Of a stretch of DNA of 32,189 nucleotides, positions 8,429-16,491 are shown in pieces. Every line of letters starts with the position of its first letter. Position 1 is the stretch's first letter. Below the pieces are notes generated by a model that was not told the origin of the DNA, did not search any database, and saw nothing but the letters and a program-made list of their open reading frames with translations. The translations under genes were made by a program, and so were the position numbers. The DNA lies in IMG/VR virus record IMGVR_UViG_3300033148_003224, positions 1-32,189 of that record; one strand, written 5' to 3'. Origin of the DNA: a virus. Its lineage: Duplodnaviria; Caudoviricetes.

Positions 8429-8617
8429 ATGTTAGTAAATGTATGTTTCTTAGGAAAGAAGAAAAAGTCAACACATGTAATGTATCTATTCTGGTTTAGA
8501 AAAGATATTATACTGATAATCAATCCAACATGGGTACGAGATAAAAGACATCTTGACACCTCCAAGAGTTATGTTTTACAATTGCATAAGTATACGAAAG
8601 AAGATGCTTGGCATTAA
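8429..8617 (+). CDS. hypothetical small protein
   Basis: AAGGAG RBS; the 3' end overlaps a promoter. Confidence 0.45.
   Translation: MLVNVCFLGKKKKSTHVMYLFWFRKDIILIINPTWVRDKRHLDTSKSYVLQLHKYTKEDAWH
8553..8582 (+). promoter_or_regulatory. promoter for the structural operon
   Basis: TTGACA-N18-TACAAT. Confidence 0.55.
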
Positions 8618-8677
8618 GGGAATAATATTCACTCCCGAGCATTTCCGTAAGAAATTGCTTAAAAATGGAGGTATATC

Positions 8678-9028
8678 ATGTCCGATATCCAAGAAGACTT
8701 AAATCTAAAAGAATTAGAAGATCAAACAAAGAAGGGCGTTAAAGCACTTGAAGACTTTGGTCGTCCTGTAAGGGATGTTGCATTTGGTATGTTAACCGGT
8801 GGAGCATCAACAACTGTAACAGCAGAGCGTCGTAAGAAAAGAGCACAAAAAGGTTTCGATATAGAAACACGTAAACTTCAAAAAGAACGTCAAGCTGCTA
8901 TTGATACAGAAAACAAGCTAAGATCAAAACGTATAAGAGAATCATTTACTGGATCTTTAATGGGTGATCGTTCATTGAAAAGTCCATCTGATAGACAGTT
9001 GTTAACTAAACTAGGGGGACAGTCATAA
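8678..9028 (+). CDS. small virion-associated protein (pre-portal, T7 gp6.7/7.3-like position)
   Basis: GGAGG RBS; basic helical protein ending LLTKLGG, typical of the gene before the portal. Confidence 0.55.
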   Translation: MSDIQEDLNLKELEDQTKKGVKALEDFGRPVRDVAFGMLTGGASTTVTAERRKKRAQKGFDIETRKLQKERQAAIDTENKLRSKRIRESFTGSLMGDRSLKSPSDRQLLTKLGGQS

Positions 9029-10596
9029 TGTTTACATTTGAAACCTTCTCATCATTTGCTGCTCAATCTCGTCGTGGAAACTCATTTCAAGTTATGAATT
9101 ATAAAACATCTGATGCTCAAGCAACAGTCCTTGCAGCAGGATATTTTGATCAATTAAAAGGTAAAGTACGTCCAAATGATCAGATTTGGATTTTTTCAAC
9201 TGCAGTTGGTGCGGGGGAAAGACCTGATTACATGCTACGCATTACAGTAGTTCCTACAGGTGGATCTGTTGAAACTGTACTTGGATTAGGTACAACACCA
9301 TGGGTAGATGATGGAGCTGGAACAATTTCACCATCACCTGATGGAACAGATGTTAGTACAGGATCTGGAGATTTAACAGTAGGCGGTGACGCTAATATTA
9401 TTGGAACAGCAAACATTGATACACTAACAGCAAGTCAAATTGTTGAAACAGATGCGAGTAAGAACTTAGTATCTTCAGCGAAAAGTACAGCGTATAACAA
9501 AGCTTATACATCATCTGACCCGTTGGGAGATGCCGACAGTGCCTCTCAGGGCGCAGCGGATACTCTTTCTCGCAGTGATCATCAACACCCTAAAGTACCA
9601 GCATCTACTACAGTAGTTGGTCAAATTGAAACATCAACACCTACGGAAACACAAACTGGTACAGCAGCAGACAAGGCTGTAACACCTGTAAGTTTAGCCT
9701 CATTAACATCTAGCGTAACTCGTAAAGGTTTAATTGAAACTGCAACTGTTCCAGAAACAGTTACTGGAACAGATACAGAAAGAGCAACAACTTCTGCTGG
9801 AGTTAAAGCTGCTATTGAAAGCTATATCGGCTTACCACTAAATTATATCTCAGGTTTTGTTCCAAGTAATGATGCAACAGATCTTGATCATGATATTAGT
9901 TTTGGCACTGGTGTTATGAGAGATAATGATAACTCTTACGATGTAATCCAGGTGACTGATTTAACAAAACAGATAGACGCAAGCTGGTCTGATGGGGATG
10001 ACGCAGGTGGACTTGCTGAAGGCCTTACACTTTCAGCTAACACGACTTACCACTTATTTGAGATATTTGATCCTGTTAGTGGTTTAATAGATTCAGGATT
10101 TGATGTAAATATTGACGGATCGGTCCTTGTTACAGGCGCAGATGTTATTACATATTTCGGACTTATTCCTGAAGCAAAGCGTGTTGGATCTGTTATGACA
10201 GATGCGAGTTCTAATATTCTTGGATTTAATTCATACGAATTATCTGGTGGAGGACTAGAATTTATCTATTCAACTAAAACTCTAGATCAAGATGCAAGTC
10301 CTAATGAGACTTTTTCAGATTTAGTTTTAAGCGTCCCAACTGGGATAAGTTTTAAAGCGCATATATTAGGGTTGATTGCTGAATCGGCTGCAACAACTAT
10401 TGATATGGTTATTAAAGACAAGCTAGGTGGCGATGAATGGGAGTTATGTAGAGCATCTCAATCTGTTTCTTCTTCATATGGTAACGGGTACATATATGTA
10501 GACACATCAGCTACTATTCAAATAAGAGAAAGCGCATCTAATGCTGATACTTATAGAATATGGACACTAGGATTTATAGACGAAAGGACAGGATAA
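9028..10596 (+). CDS. fibre protein with N-terminal decoration-like domain (putative head fibre)
   Basis: N-terminus similar to 15553..15810; RSDHQHP motif; two 36-aa T4 gp34/gp12-like repeats; globular C-terminus. Confidence 0.75.
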   Translation: MFTFETFSSFAAQSRRGNSFQVMNYKTSDAQATVLAAGYFDQLKGKVRPNDQIWIFSTAVGAGERPDYMLRITVVPTGGSVETVLGLGTTPWVDDGAGTISPSPDGTDVSTGSGDLTVGGDANIIGTANIDTLTASQIVETDASKNLVSSAKSTAYNKAYTSSDPLGDADSASQGAADTLSRSDHQHPKVPASTTVVGQIETSTPTETQTGTAADKAVTPVSLASLTSSVTRKGLIETATVPETVTGTDTERATTSAGVKAAIESYIGLPLNYISGFVPSNDATDLDHDISFGTGVMRDNDNSYDVIQVTDLTKQIDASWSDGDDAGGLAEGLTLSANTTYHLFEIFDPVSGLIDSGFDVNIDGSVLVTGADVITYFGLIPEAKRVGSVMTDASSNILGFNSYELSGGGLEFIYSTKTLDQDASPNETFSDLVLSVPTGISFKAHILGLIAESAATTIDMVIKDKLGGDEWELCRASQSVSSSYGNGYIYVDTSATIQIRESASNADTYRIWTLGFIDERTG

Positions 10597-10811
10597 TGAA
10601 ATACGTAAGAACAGAGAATGGATTAGAAAAATTAACAGATGCTGAGTATGCGGAACGTTTTCCTATTCCTGAGAAAACATATAAAGAGAAACGTATAGAA
10701 GAATACGGAACTGTACCAGAACAGTTAGAATACATTGTGGAAAATGGAATAGATGATTTTATTTCTCGTCAGAAAGCAATTAAAGTTAAAAATCCAAAAC
10801 CAACGGAGTAA
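10596..10811 (+). CDS. putative fibre assembly chaperone
   Basis: TAATG coupling to the fibre gene; YKEKRIEEYG...EQL...KAIKVKNPKP motif common after fibre genes. Confidence 0.6.
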   Translation: MKYVRTENGLEKLTDAEYAERFPIPEKTYKEKRIEEYGTVPEQLEYIVENGIDDFISRQKAIKVKNPKPTE

Positions 10812-10814
10812 GTA

Positions 10815-12371
10815 ATGGCTTTTAGATCAGCAGATGATATCTTAAAACGATACAATAAAGCAAAGGGAACGCTAGAACAATGGCGTGATATTTATCAAGA
10901 CGTTTACAAAGTGTGTATGCCTAATAGAAATCTATGGGAAACAACTAATAAAGGTCAGGATAGAATGGATGGCGTGTATACCTCAGTTGGTATTACAGCA
11001 GCTAATTCATTTGTTAATCGGTTAATCTCAAGCGTTACACCTCCTTTTAAACGTTGGGCAGGGTTAACGGCAGGTCCTGCAATTCCAAAAGATGAACGTG
11101 ATGATGCACAGACTAAATTAGATTCATTGACTGAAATCCTTTTTTCATACATTCACACATCAAACTTTGATCAAGCGGTAGCAGAATCGTACCATGACTT
11201 AGTAGCCGGAACATGTGCTATGTTAATTATGGCAGGAGATAAACGTAAACCTCTTAACTTTACAGCTGTACCTACTGCTCAATTAGCATTAGAAAGAGGT
11301 GCTTTTGGTGAAGTTGGTGGAGTTTACCGTAATTACCAATTAGAACAAGAGTTAATTGAACAACAATGGCCGGATGCTCAAAATATTCCTAAGATAAAAA
11401 GAGATGAAGAAACAACAAAGTTGGGCCTTATTGAATGCACATACTATTGCCCAGAAGATAATAACTGGAAATACTGTGTAATGCTAGAAGGTGAAAAGAC
11501 TATCATTGTTAAACGTGAATACAAAACTAATCCATGGGTTGTACTACGTTGGGATAAAATGCCTGAAGAAGTATATGGCCGTGGACCGGGTGTATTTGCA
11601 CTTGCTGATTTGAAAATGCTTAATAAAGTATCAGAATATTCTATTCGTGCATTTGCATTGAAAGTATTCCCTCCTTATACAGTTGCAGATGACAGTGTGT
11701 TGGATCCAGATAAATTCTTACTTCAACCTGCTGCGCTAAATATTGTAGAACGTAATGCTGGACCAAATGGCCCAAGTATTATGCCTTTACCAGCTGGTGG
11801 AGATGTTCCATTAGAACAATTCAAAACAGAACAGCTTACATTATCTATCAAGAAACAAATGTTAGATGATCAGCTTCCTTCAGATGCTGGACCTGTACGT
11901 AGTGCAACAGAAATTGCAGAACGTATACAACAACAACAAATTGATACAGGTGGATCATTTGGTCGTATTATGTCTGAATGGATCCGTCCTATTATTATTC
12001 GTTGTGTTAGTGTATTGAATGATCAACAACTTATCCCAGCTGCTATTGACATTGAAGACTTTGATGAATTCTTTGTGAAGATTGATATTCTGAGCCCATT
12101 AGCTCGACAACAACATGCAGAAGACTTGCAAGGTGGAGTGCGTGCGGTAGAGTTACTAGGGGCTGCAGGTACCGCCGGCACTGTTCTTAAGATGGAAGAG
12201 TTAAGTGAAGATTTTGCTCGTCAGTTAGGAGTTCCTGCTAAGTTTGTACGTGATGAAAAAGAACGTACTTCTTTTAAAGCAGAAGCCGTGGCAGCACAAG
12301 AACGTGCAGCAGCAAATGAAGCAGCAATCGGAACAGCAGGAAAGGTAGTTGAAAATGAATCAAAAAAATAA
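10815..12371 (+). CDS. portal / head-to-tail connector (T7 gp8/BPP-1-like)
   Basis: 518 aa; EVYGRGPG...ALADLKMLN and RSATEI motifs. Confidence 0.92.
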   Translation: MAFRSADDILKRYNKAKGTLEQWRDIYQDVYKVCMPNRNLWETTNKGQDRMDGVYTSVGITAANSFVNRLISSVTPPFKRWAGLTAGPAIPKDERDDAQTKLDSLTEILFSYIHTSNFDQAVAESYHDLVAGTCAMLIMAGDKRKPLNFTAVPTAQLALERGAFGEVGGVYRNYQLEQELIEQQWPDAQNIPKIKRDEETTKLGLIECTYYCPEDNNWKYCVMLEGEKTIIVKREYKTNPWVVLRWDKMPEEVYGRGPGVFALADLKMLNKVSEYSIRAFALKVFPPYTVADDSVLDPDKFLLQPAALNIVERNAGPNGPSIMPLPAGGDVPLEQFKTEQLTLSIKKQMLDDQLPSDAGPVRSATEIAERIQQQQIDTGGSFGRIMSEWIRPIIIRCVSVLNDQQLIPAAIDIEDFDEFFVKIDILSPLARQQHAEDLQGGVRAVELLGAAGTAGTVLKMEELSEDFARQLGVPAKFVRDEKERTSFKAEAVAAQERAAANEAAIGTAGKVVENESKK

Positions 12372-12696
12372 CAACCCACTTGATTGGCCAATAGATAATC
12401 TTGGTACAGAAGAAGCAAAGCCTAATGAGAAGCAAGTTAAAGATATGATTATCCTTAACGATTATATTTGGGCAGCATTCAATACAAGTCAAGGTAAGAA
12501 AGTTCTCGAATTTTTAGTTGAGAAATATGAAAATCCACGTTCTCATTATCCAGAAATGGGACAGGACGGGGTGCTCTACACATATATGCGTGGCGGGCAG
12601 GTGAGTGTTGTCAGAGACATACTGCGCCGAATTAAACAGTCAGAAACTCAAAGGAGAAAGAAAGATGACAGAACTAACACAGCCAGAACAAACTAA
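12355..12696 (+). CDS. conserved post-portal protein (Bbp19-like)
   Basis: AFNTSQGKKVLEFL...GGQVSVVRDI motif; synteny. Confidence 0.7.
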   Translation: MNQKNNNPLDWPIDNLGTEEAKPNEKQVKDMIILNDYIWAAFNTSQGKKVLEFLVEKYENPRSHYPEMGQDGVLYTYMRGGQVSVVRDILRRIKQSETQRRKKDDRTNTARTN

Positions 12697-13579
12697 AACA
12701 GCACCAGAAACAACTCCAGAAGCTGCTCCAGTTATAACAGCAGCAAGTTTAGCAGAAGCAGCTAAGCCAGTAGAAAAAACAAAAGATGAATTAGTAGACG
12801 CATCTGTTAAAAAAGGTGAAGATACTACACTTTCACCATCTATTGAACTTCCAGAACAGTTAGAAGGAAAGTTTGAGCATCTTTGGGATAATGAAAATGG
12901 AATGCTATATCTTGATGAAGCGGTGAAGGAAATTGGCAAGTTAGACAAGATTGGTCGTGATCTACGTAAGAAATTATCAAAAGGTGTTAATGTTCCAGAG
13001 AATGAAGCATCATATGCTTTTGAAGGAGAAGGAAACTCTACTGATATTTGGGAAGCTATGGATGATGGCCAAAAGAATATCATGAAGAAATCAGCTTTTA
13101 AAAACGGAATGTCTCAAGAGCAGTTTAACGGATTTGTTAAAGGAATGTTGAATGACTTATCTGAAGAAGGATTTATCAAAGCTCCAATGACAGCGGAAGA
13201 AGCAAAGGCTTCTGAAGAAAAGTTTGTATCAGATCAAATGCAAAAATTAGGTTCAAATGCACAAGAGATTATTACAGCGAATGTTAGATTTAAAGATCAC
13301 GCTGTACAACTTGGCACATTCTCAGAAGAAGATGCACAGATCTATGATCAGATTTTAAATATGGGTGCAAAACACATTAACGTATTGAATAAAATGCGTG
13401 AGATGACTGGGGAAAAACCTCTACCTATTAACAGTGATATTGATAGTACATTACCATCTGATGAAGAAATTGGACGTAATTGGTCTACATATTCAGAAGA
13501 AGAAAAGGGAAGACTGATGGAACGTCGTGTTAAGTCTGGTAGAGCAGCTACACTTCCTGCGCATTTCTTTAAACGATAA
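12665..13579 (+). CDS. capsid scaffolding/assembly protein
   Basis: Acidic P/E/T/A-rich N-terminus; VPE...Y and NGMSQEQF motifs; start reassigned to MTELTQ (AAGGAG RBS). Confidence 0.78.
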   Translation: MTELTQPEQTKTAPETTPEAAPVITAASLAEAAKPVEKTKDELVDASVKKGEDTTLSPSIELPEQLEGKFEHLWDNENGMLYLDEAVKEIGKLDKIGRDLRKKLSKGVNVPENEASYAFEGEGNSTDIWEAMDDGQKNIMKKSAFKNGMSQEQFNGFVKGMLNDLSEEGFIKAPMTAEEAKASEEKFVSDQMQKLGSNAQEIITANVRFKDHAVQLGTFSEEDAQIYDQILNMGAKHINVLNKMREMTGEKPLPINSDIDSTLPSDEEIGRNWSTYSEEEKGRLMERRVKSGRAATLPAHFFKR

Positions 13580-13583
13580 TGAC

Positions 13584-13612
13584 TTGCAGTATTAAATATT
13601 ATACAGTATAAT
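13584..13612 (+). promoter_or_regulatory. sigma70-type promoter
   Basis: TTGCAG-N17-TATAAT. Confidence 0.6.
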
Positions 13613-13617
13613 GATTT

Positions 13618-13685
13618 ATGTGATTTATTCATGTATCCTTTTACTCTCAAAAGAAAGCAAGCGCAGAAATGTGTTTGCTTTTTTG
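13618..13685 (+). ncRNA. candidate ~65-nt small RNA with anti-RBS/anti-AUG sequence
   Basis: Lies between a promoter and a terminator with no + strand gene; contains AUUUAUUCAUGUAUCCUUUUA. Confidence 0.4.
13654..13685 (+). terminator. intrinsic terminator
   Basis: AAAGCAAGCGCA-GAAA-TGTGTTTGCTTT plus T-tract. Confidence 0.75.
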
Positions 13686-13796
13686 ATTTGACTTTTAATT
13701 AAATAATATTAGGTTTAAATTATAGTTTTCTTAGGCTGTTCACTATAATTAAAACAGTACTATTGTATAAGTTGGACAGAACTTTTCAATAAATAT

Positions 13797-13827
13797 GCCT
13801 TCACCTGTCCGTGAGGGCTCTTTTTTT
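13797..13827 (+). terminator. terminator/attenuator in the HNH gene leader
   Basis: GCCTTCAC-CTGTCC-GTGAGGGC-TCTTTTTTT just upstream of the RBS. Confidence 0.65.
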
Positions 13828-13840
13828 AAGGACAGTTAAA

Positions 13841-14473
13841 ATGAAAAACAAACATATAATAAAAAATATTTGTAAATTAAATGGAATGGAATATAAAGAA
13901 TATACAGAAAGAGAGTTTTGTATAACTATAATCAATAAGTATAATTTAAAGTTCGAAAAGAATAAACTCTCTTCTTTTGTATGTAGGAGTATATATTTTA
14001 ATCTAAAAGGTAAACTTGATCAAAAGTCTGTTGAAGTTATATTTGGTCAAGCTCTTCTTAGTGAAGAAGTTGCTCTTAGGAAGTCTATGAATAAAATAAA
14101 ACGTAAATTAGATTGTTCTATGAATAAATCAAAAGGAAAGAAAAAAAGTATTTCTGATACTGATTGGGATGTTGTAGCTTTATTCTTTGGAAGAGAAATT
14201 TGTCATCTTAAAGTAGTTAGTAATCTTCCATCGAGTAAGTTTTATAATTCTGTTGAATGGAGAAAATTAAGATACAGTATTCTTAAAGGTCGTAAAAATA
14301 GGTGCGAGTGTTGCGGTACAACGTCTGAAAATAAATCTTTACATATTGATCACATAAAGCCAAGAAGTATCTTTCCTAATAACTCTTTGAACCCACAAAA
14401 CTTACAAATTCTCTGTGAAGATTGTAATATGGCAAAATCAAATACAGATTTCACCGATTGGCGTAAATTGTAA
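13841..14473 (+). CDS. HNH endonuclease
   Basis: FYNSVEWRKLR...CECCG...HIDHIKP...NLQILCEDCNMAKSN; start reassigned to the ATG after AAGGA. Confidence 0.9.
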   Translation: MKNKHIIKNICKLNGMEYKEYTEREFCITIINKYNLKFEKNKLSSFVCRSIYFNLKGKLDQKSVEVIFGQALLSEEVALRKSMNKIKRKLDCSMNKSKGKKKSISDTDWDVVALFFGREICHLKVVSNLPSSKFYNSVEWRKLRYSILKGRKNRCECCGTTSENKSLHIDHIKPRSIFPNNSLNPQNLQILCEDCNMAKSNTDFTDWRKL

Positions 14474-14479
14474 TTATCA

Positions 14480-14510
14480 AAGTCCCTCGTTTGTTCGGGG
14501 GATTTTTTAT
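14480..14510 (+). terminator. intrinsic terminator
   Basis: AAGTCCCTCG-TTTGTT-CGGGGGATTT plus T-tract. Confidence 0.75.
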
Positions 14511-14512
14511 AT

Positions 14513-14542
14513 TTGACATGTTCAACAATAGTATACTAATAT
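14513..14542 (+). promoter_or_regulatory. promoter for the major capsid operon
   Basis: TTGACA-N18-TAATAT right after the terminator. Confidence 0.5.
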
Positions 14543-14701
14543 AAATACATGGCTCAATTGGAATTCTCTAATCCCATAAGACACACGGATAGACGTGGGT
14601 ATGCAAAGGACCATCCTTTGTATGTTTTGAACCCGAGTAATCGGCTCTATTTAAAGCGACTTAAATTTTAATAAAAAAACCTTAAAACAAAGGACAAAAT
14701 T

Positions 14702-15541
14702 ATGGCAACACAAATTAGTAATGTGTTTATCGCTCAATTTGACGCTGATGTTAAACAAGCATACCAAGCAATGCGTCGCCTTGCTGGTGTTACTCGTGAA
14801 AAACGCGGTGTCGTGGGATCAACACACAATTTCCCTTATATCGGGAAGGGCTTAGCCCAAAAACGTATTCCTCAATCTGATGTTACACCAATGAACGTTG
14901 GCTACACACAGAATACTGCAATACTAGAAGACTATACTGCTCCGGAATATACAGATATCTTTAACCAGCAAAAAGTTAATTTCGATGATCGTGCAGAACT
15001 TGTAAAAGTTGTTGCGGGTGCTATCGGACGTGCAATGGACCAAATCGTTATCGATGCAGCTATTGCAGGTGCTAACTCAACAGAAGTTGCTGTAAGTGTA
15101 GGTGCTGCTGATTCATCTTTGAATGTAGCAAAACTACGTAGTGCTTCAAAATTGATGAACCAAAATGGTGTTCCATCATCAGATCGTCACATGATTGTGA
15201 ACTCTGCTGCATTGGAAGGCTTACTTGGGGATGAAGAAGCAACTTCAGGTGATTACAATACAATTCGTTTACTTGTAAATGGATCTATTGATTCATATAT
15301 GGGATTCCAATTCCATATTATGGCTGATAATACTGAAGGTGGATTACCTATCGTGACTACTTCACGTAAGTGTCTTGCTCTTCATTCAGAAGCATTGGGA
15401 CTTGCAATTGGTATGGACATGACTACTAAAATTGACTGGGTGGCTGAAAAGACATCATGGTTGGTTAACGGAATGTTCTCTGCTGGTGCAAAAGTAATCG
15501 ACGATGAAGGTGTCTTTATCGTTAACACATATGAAGCTTAA
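14702..15541 (+). CDS. major capsid protein
   Basis: FIAQFDADVKQAYQ, AGAIGRAMDQIVIDA, LVNGSIDSYMGFQF motifs of T7-like/N4 gp56-like capsids. Confidence 0.92.
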   Translation: MATQISNVFIAQFDADVKQAYQAMRRLAGVTREKRGVVGSTHNFPYIGKGLAQKRIPQSDVTPMNVGYTQNTAILEDYTAPEYTDIFNQQKVNFDDRAELVKVVAGAIGRAMDQIVIDAAIAGANSTEVAVSVGAADSSLNVAKLRSASKLMNQNGVPSSDRHMIVNSAALEGLLGDEEATSGDYNTIRLLVNGSIDSYMGFQFHIMADNTEGGLPIVTTSRKCLALHSEALGLAIGMDMTTKIDWVAEKTSWLVNGMFSAGAKVIDDEGVFIVNTYEA

Positions 15542-15552
15542 AGGAGTGAGCA

Positions 15553-15810
15553 ATGGCGTTTACATTAACAAAACTTAATCCTATCGGTGGACAGTCTAAA
15601 CGTGGATCAGCTCCACAAGTTTGGGCGTATGACAACTTAGCAGGCGATACAGTAACTGGCACAGACTTCTTCGGAGATGTTTGGGACAAACTTACTGTTG
15701 GAGATATATTGGATGTTGTTAATTATACAACTGCAGTACCTAGCACAGTTGTTCGTTACATGGTGACAGTAGTTGCCGCATCTAGTGTAACTATCCTAAT
15801 AAATCCGTAG
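15553..15810 (+). CDS. putative capsid decoration (cement) protein
   Basis: Small beta-rich protein directly after MCP and before a terminator, so co-expressed at capsid level; PIGGQSKRG.APQ.W.Y motif. Confidence 0.7.
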   Translation: MAFTLTKLNPIGGQSKRGSAPQVWAYDNLAGDTVTGTDFFGDVWDKLTVGDILDVVNYTTAVPSTVVRYMVTVVAASSVTILINP

Positions 15811-15827
15811 AGATTTAAACAAACTAA

Positions 15828-15857
15828 GGGAGGGGTAACTTCCCCTCTCTTTTATTT
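15828..15857 (+). terminator. intrinsic terminator after the capsid genes
   Basis: GGGAGGGG-TAACTT-CCCCTCTC-TTTTATTT. Confidence 0.8.
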
Positions 15858-15871
15858 CAAGGAGAATTATT

Positions 15872-16480
15872 ATGACTGAAACTGAGTTAAAGAATGCATC
15901 ATTAGCACTTATTGGTGCTCAGACAGTTTCTGATTATGATACATCTACAAGTAGGGAAGCTGTTTTAATTAACGCTTTATTTCCTGCATTCAAACTAAAA
16001 TCATTAGAATTACGTCGTTGGAACTTTGCATCTAAAAGACTAAAAGTAGTCAGCACAACTCCACTTACAGACGATGAGTACCAATATGAATTTGATCTAC
16101 CCGCTGATCTTGTAAACTTACAAGCAATCTTTTCGGATAGTTCATACTTAAGTACATATTACAAATTTAATTTTTCAAACGGTAAGATTTACGCAAACGT
16201 TGATACAATCTACATTAAATATACATTTGATGCAGATGTAGATGTTTGGAACGGATCTTTTACTAATTTTATGATCTACGCACTAGCTGCAGAGATCTGT
16301 TACAACTTAACTGGCCAACAAGTTCTTAAAGATAGACTTGAGCAAGATGCATACGGTCCTGTAAGTAGTAATCGTAACGGAGGTAAACTCGGAGAAGCAT
16401 CTCGTGTAAATGGACAACAGAATGTCGCACGTGTGATACAGGATTCACCAATCCTTGCTGCTCGTTCAAATGGACTTTAA
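15872..16480 (+). CDS. tail tubular protein A / adaptor (T7 gp11-like)
   Basis: NASLALIGA...WNFASKR...YEFDLPAD...ALAAEI motifs; synteny. Confidence 0.85.
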   Translation: MTETELKNASLALIGAQTVSDYDTSTSREAVLINALFPAFKLKSLELRRWNFASKRLKVVSTTPLTDDEYQYEFDLPADLVNLQAIFSDSSYLSTYYKFNFSNGKIYANVDTIYIKYTFDADVDVWNGSFTNFMIYALAAEICYNLTGQQVLKDRLEQDAYGPVSSNRNGGKLGEASRVNGQQNVARVIQDSPILAARSNGL

Positions 16481-16491
16481 GGAGTTGGATA

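Noticed and set aside
13348-13650. Minus-strand ORF with an apparent RBS at 13632
   Set aside because: Mostly antisense to the scaffold gene with no protein motif; kept only as an alternative explanation for the sRNA candidate
15530-15880. Readthrough or frameshift extension of MCP or the decoration protein
   Set aside because: No slippery site or long downstream open frame seen; a terminator follows
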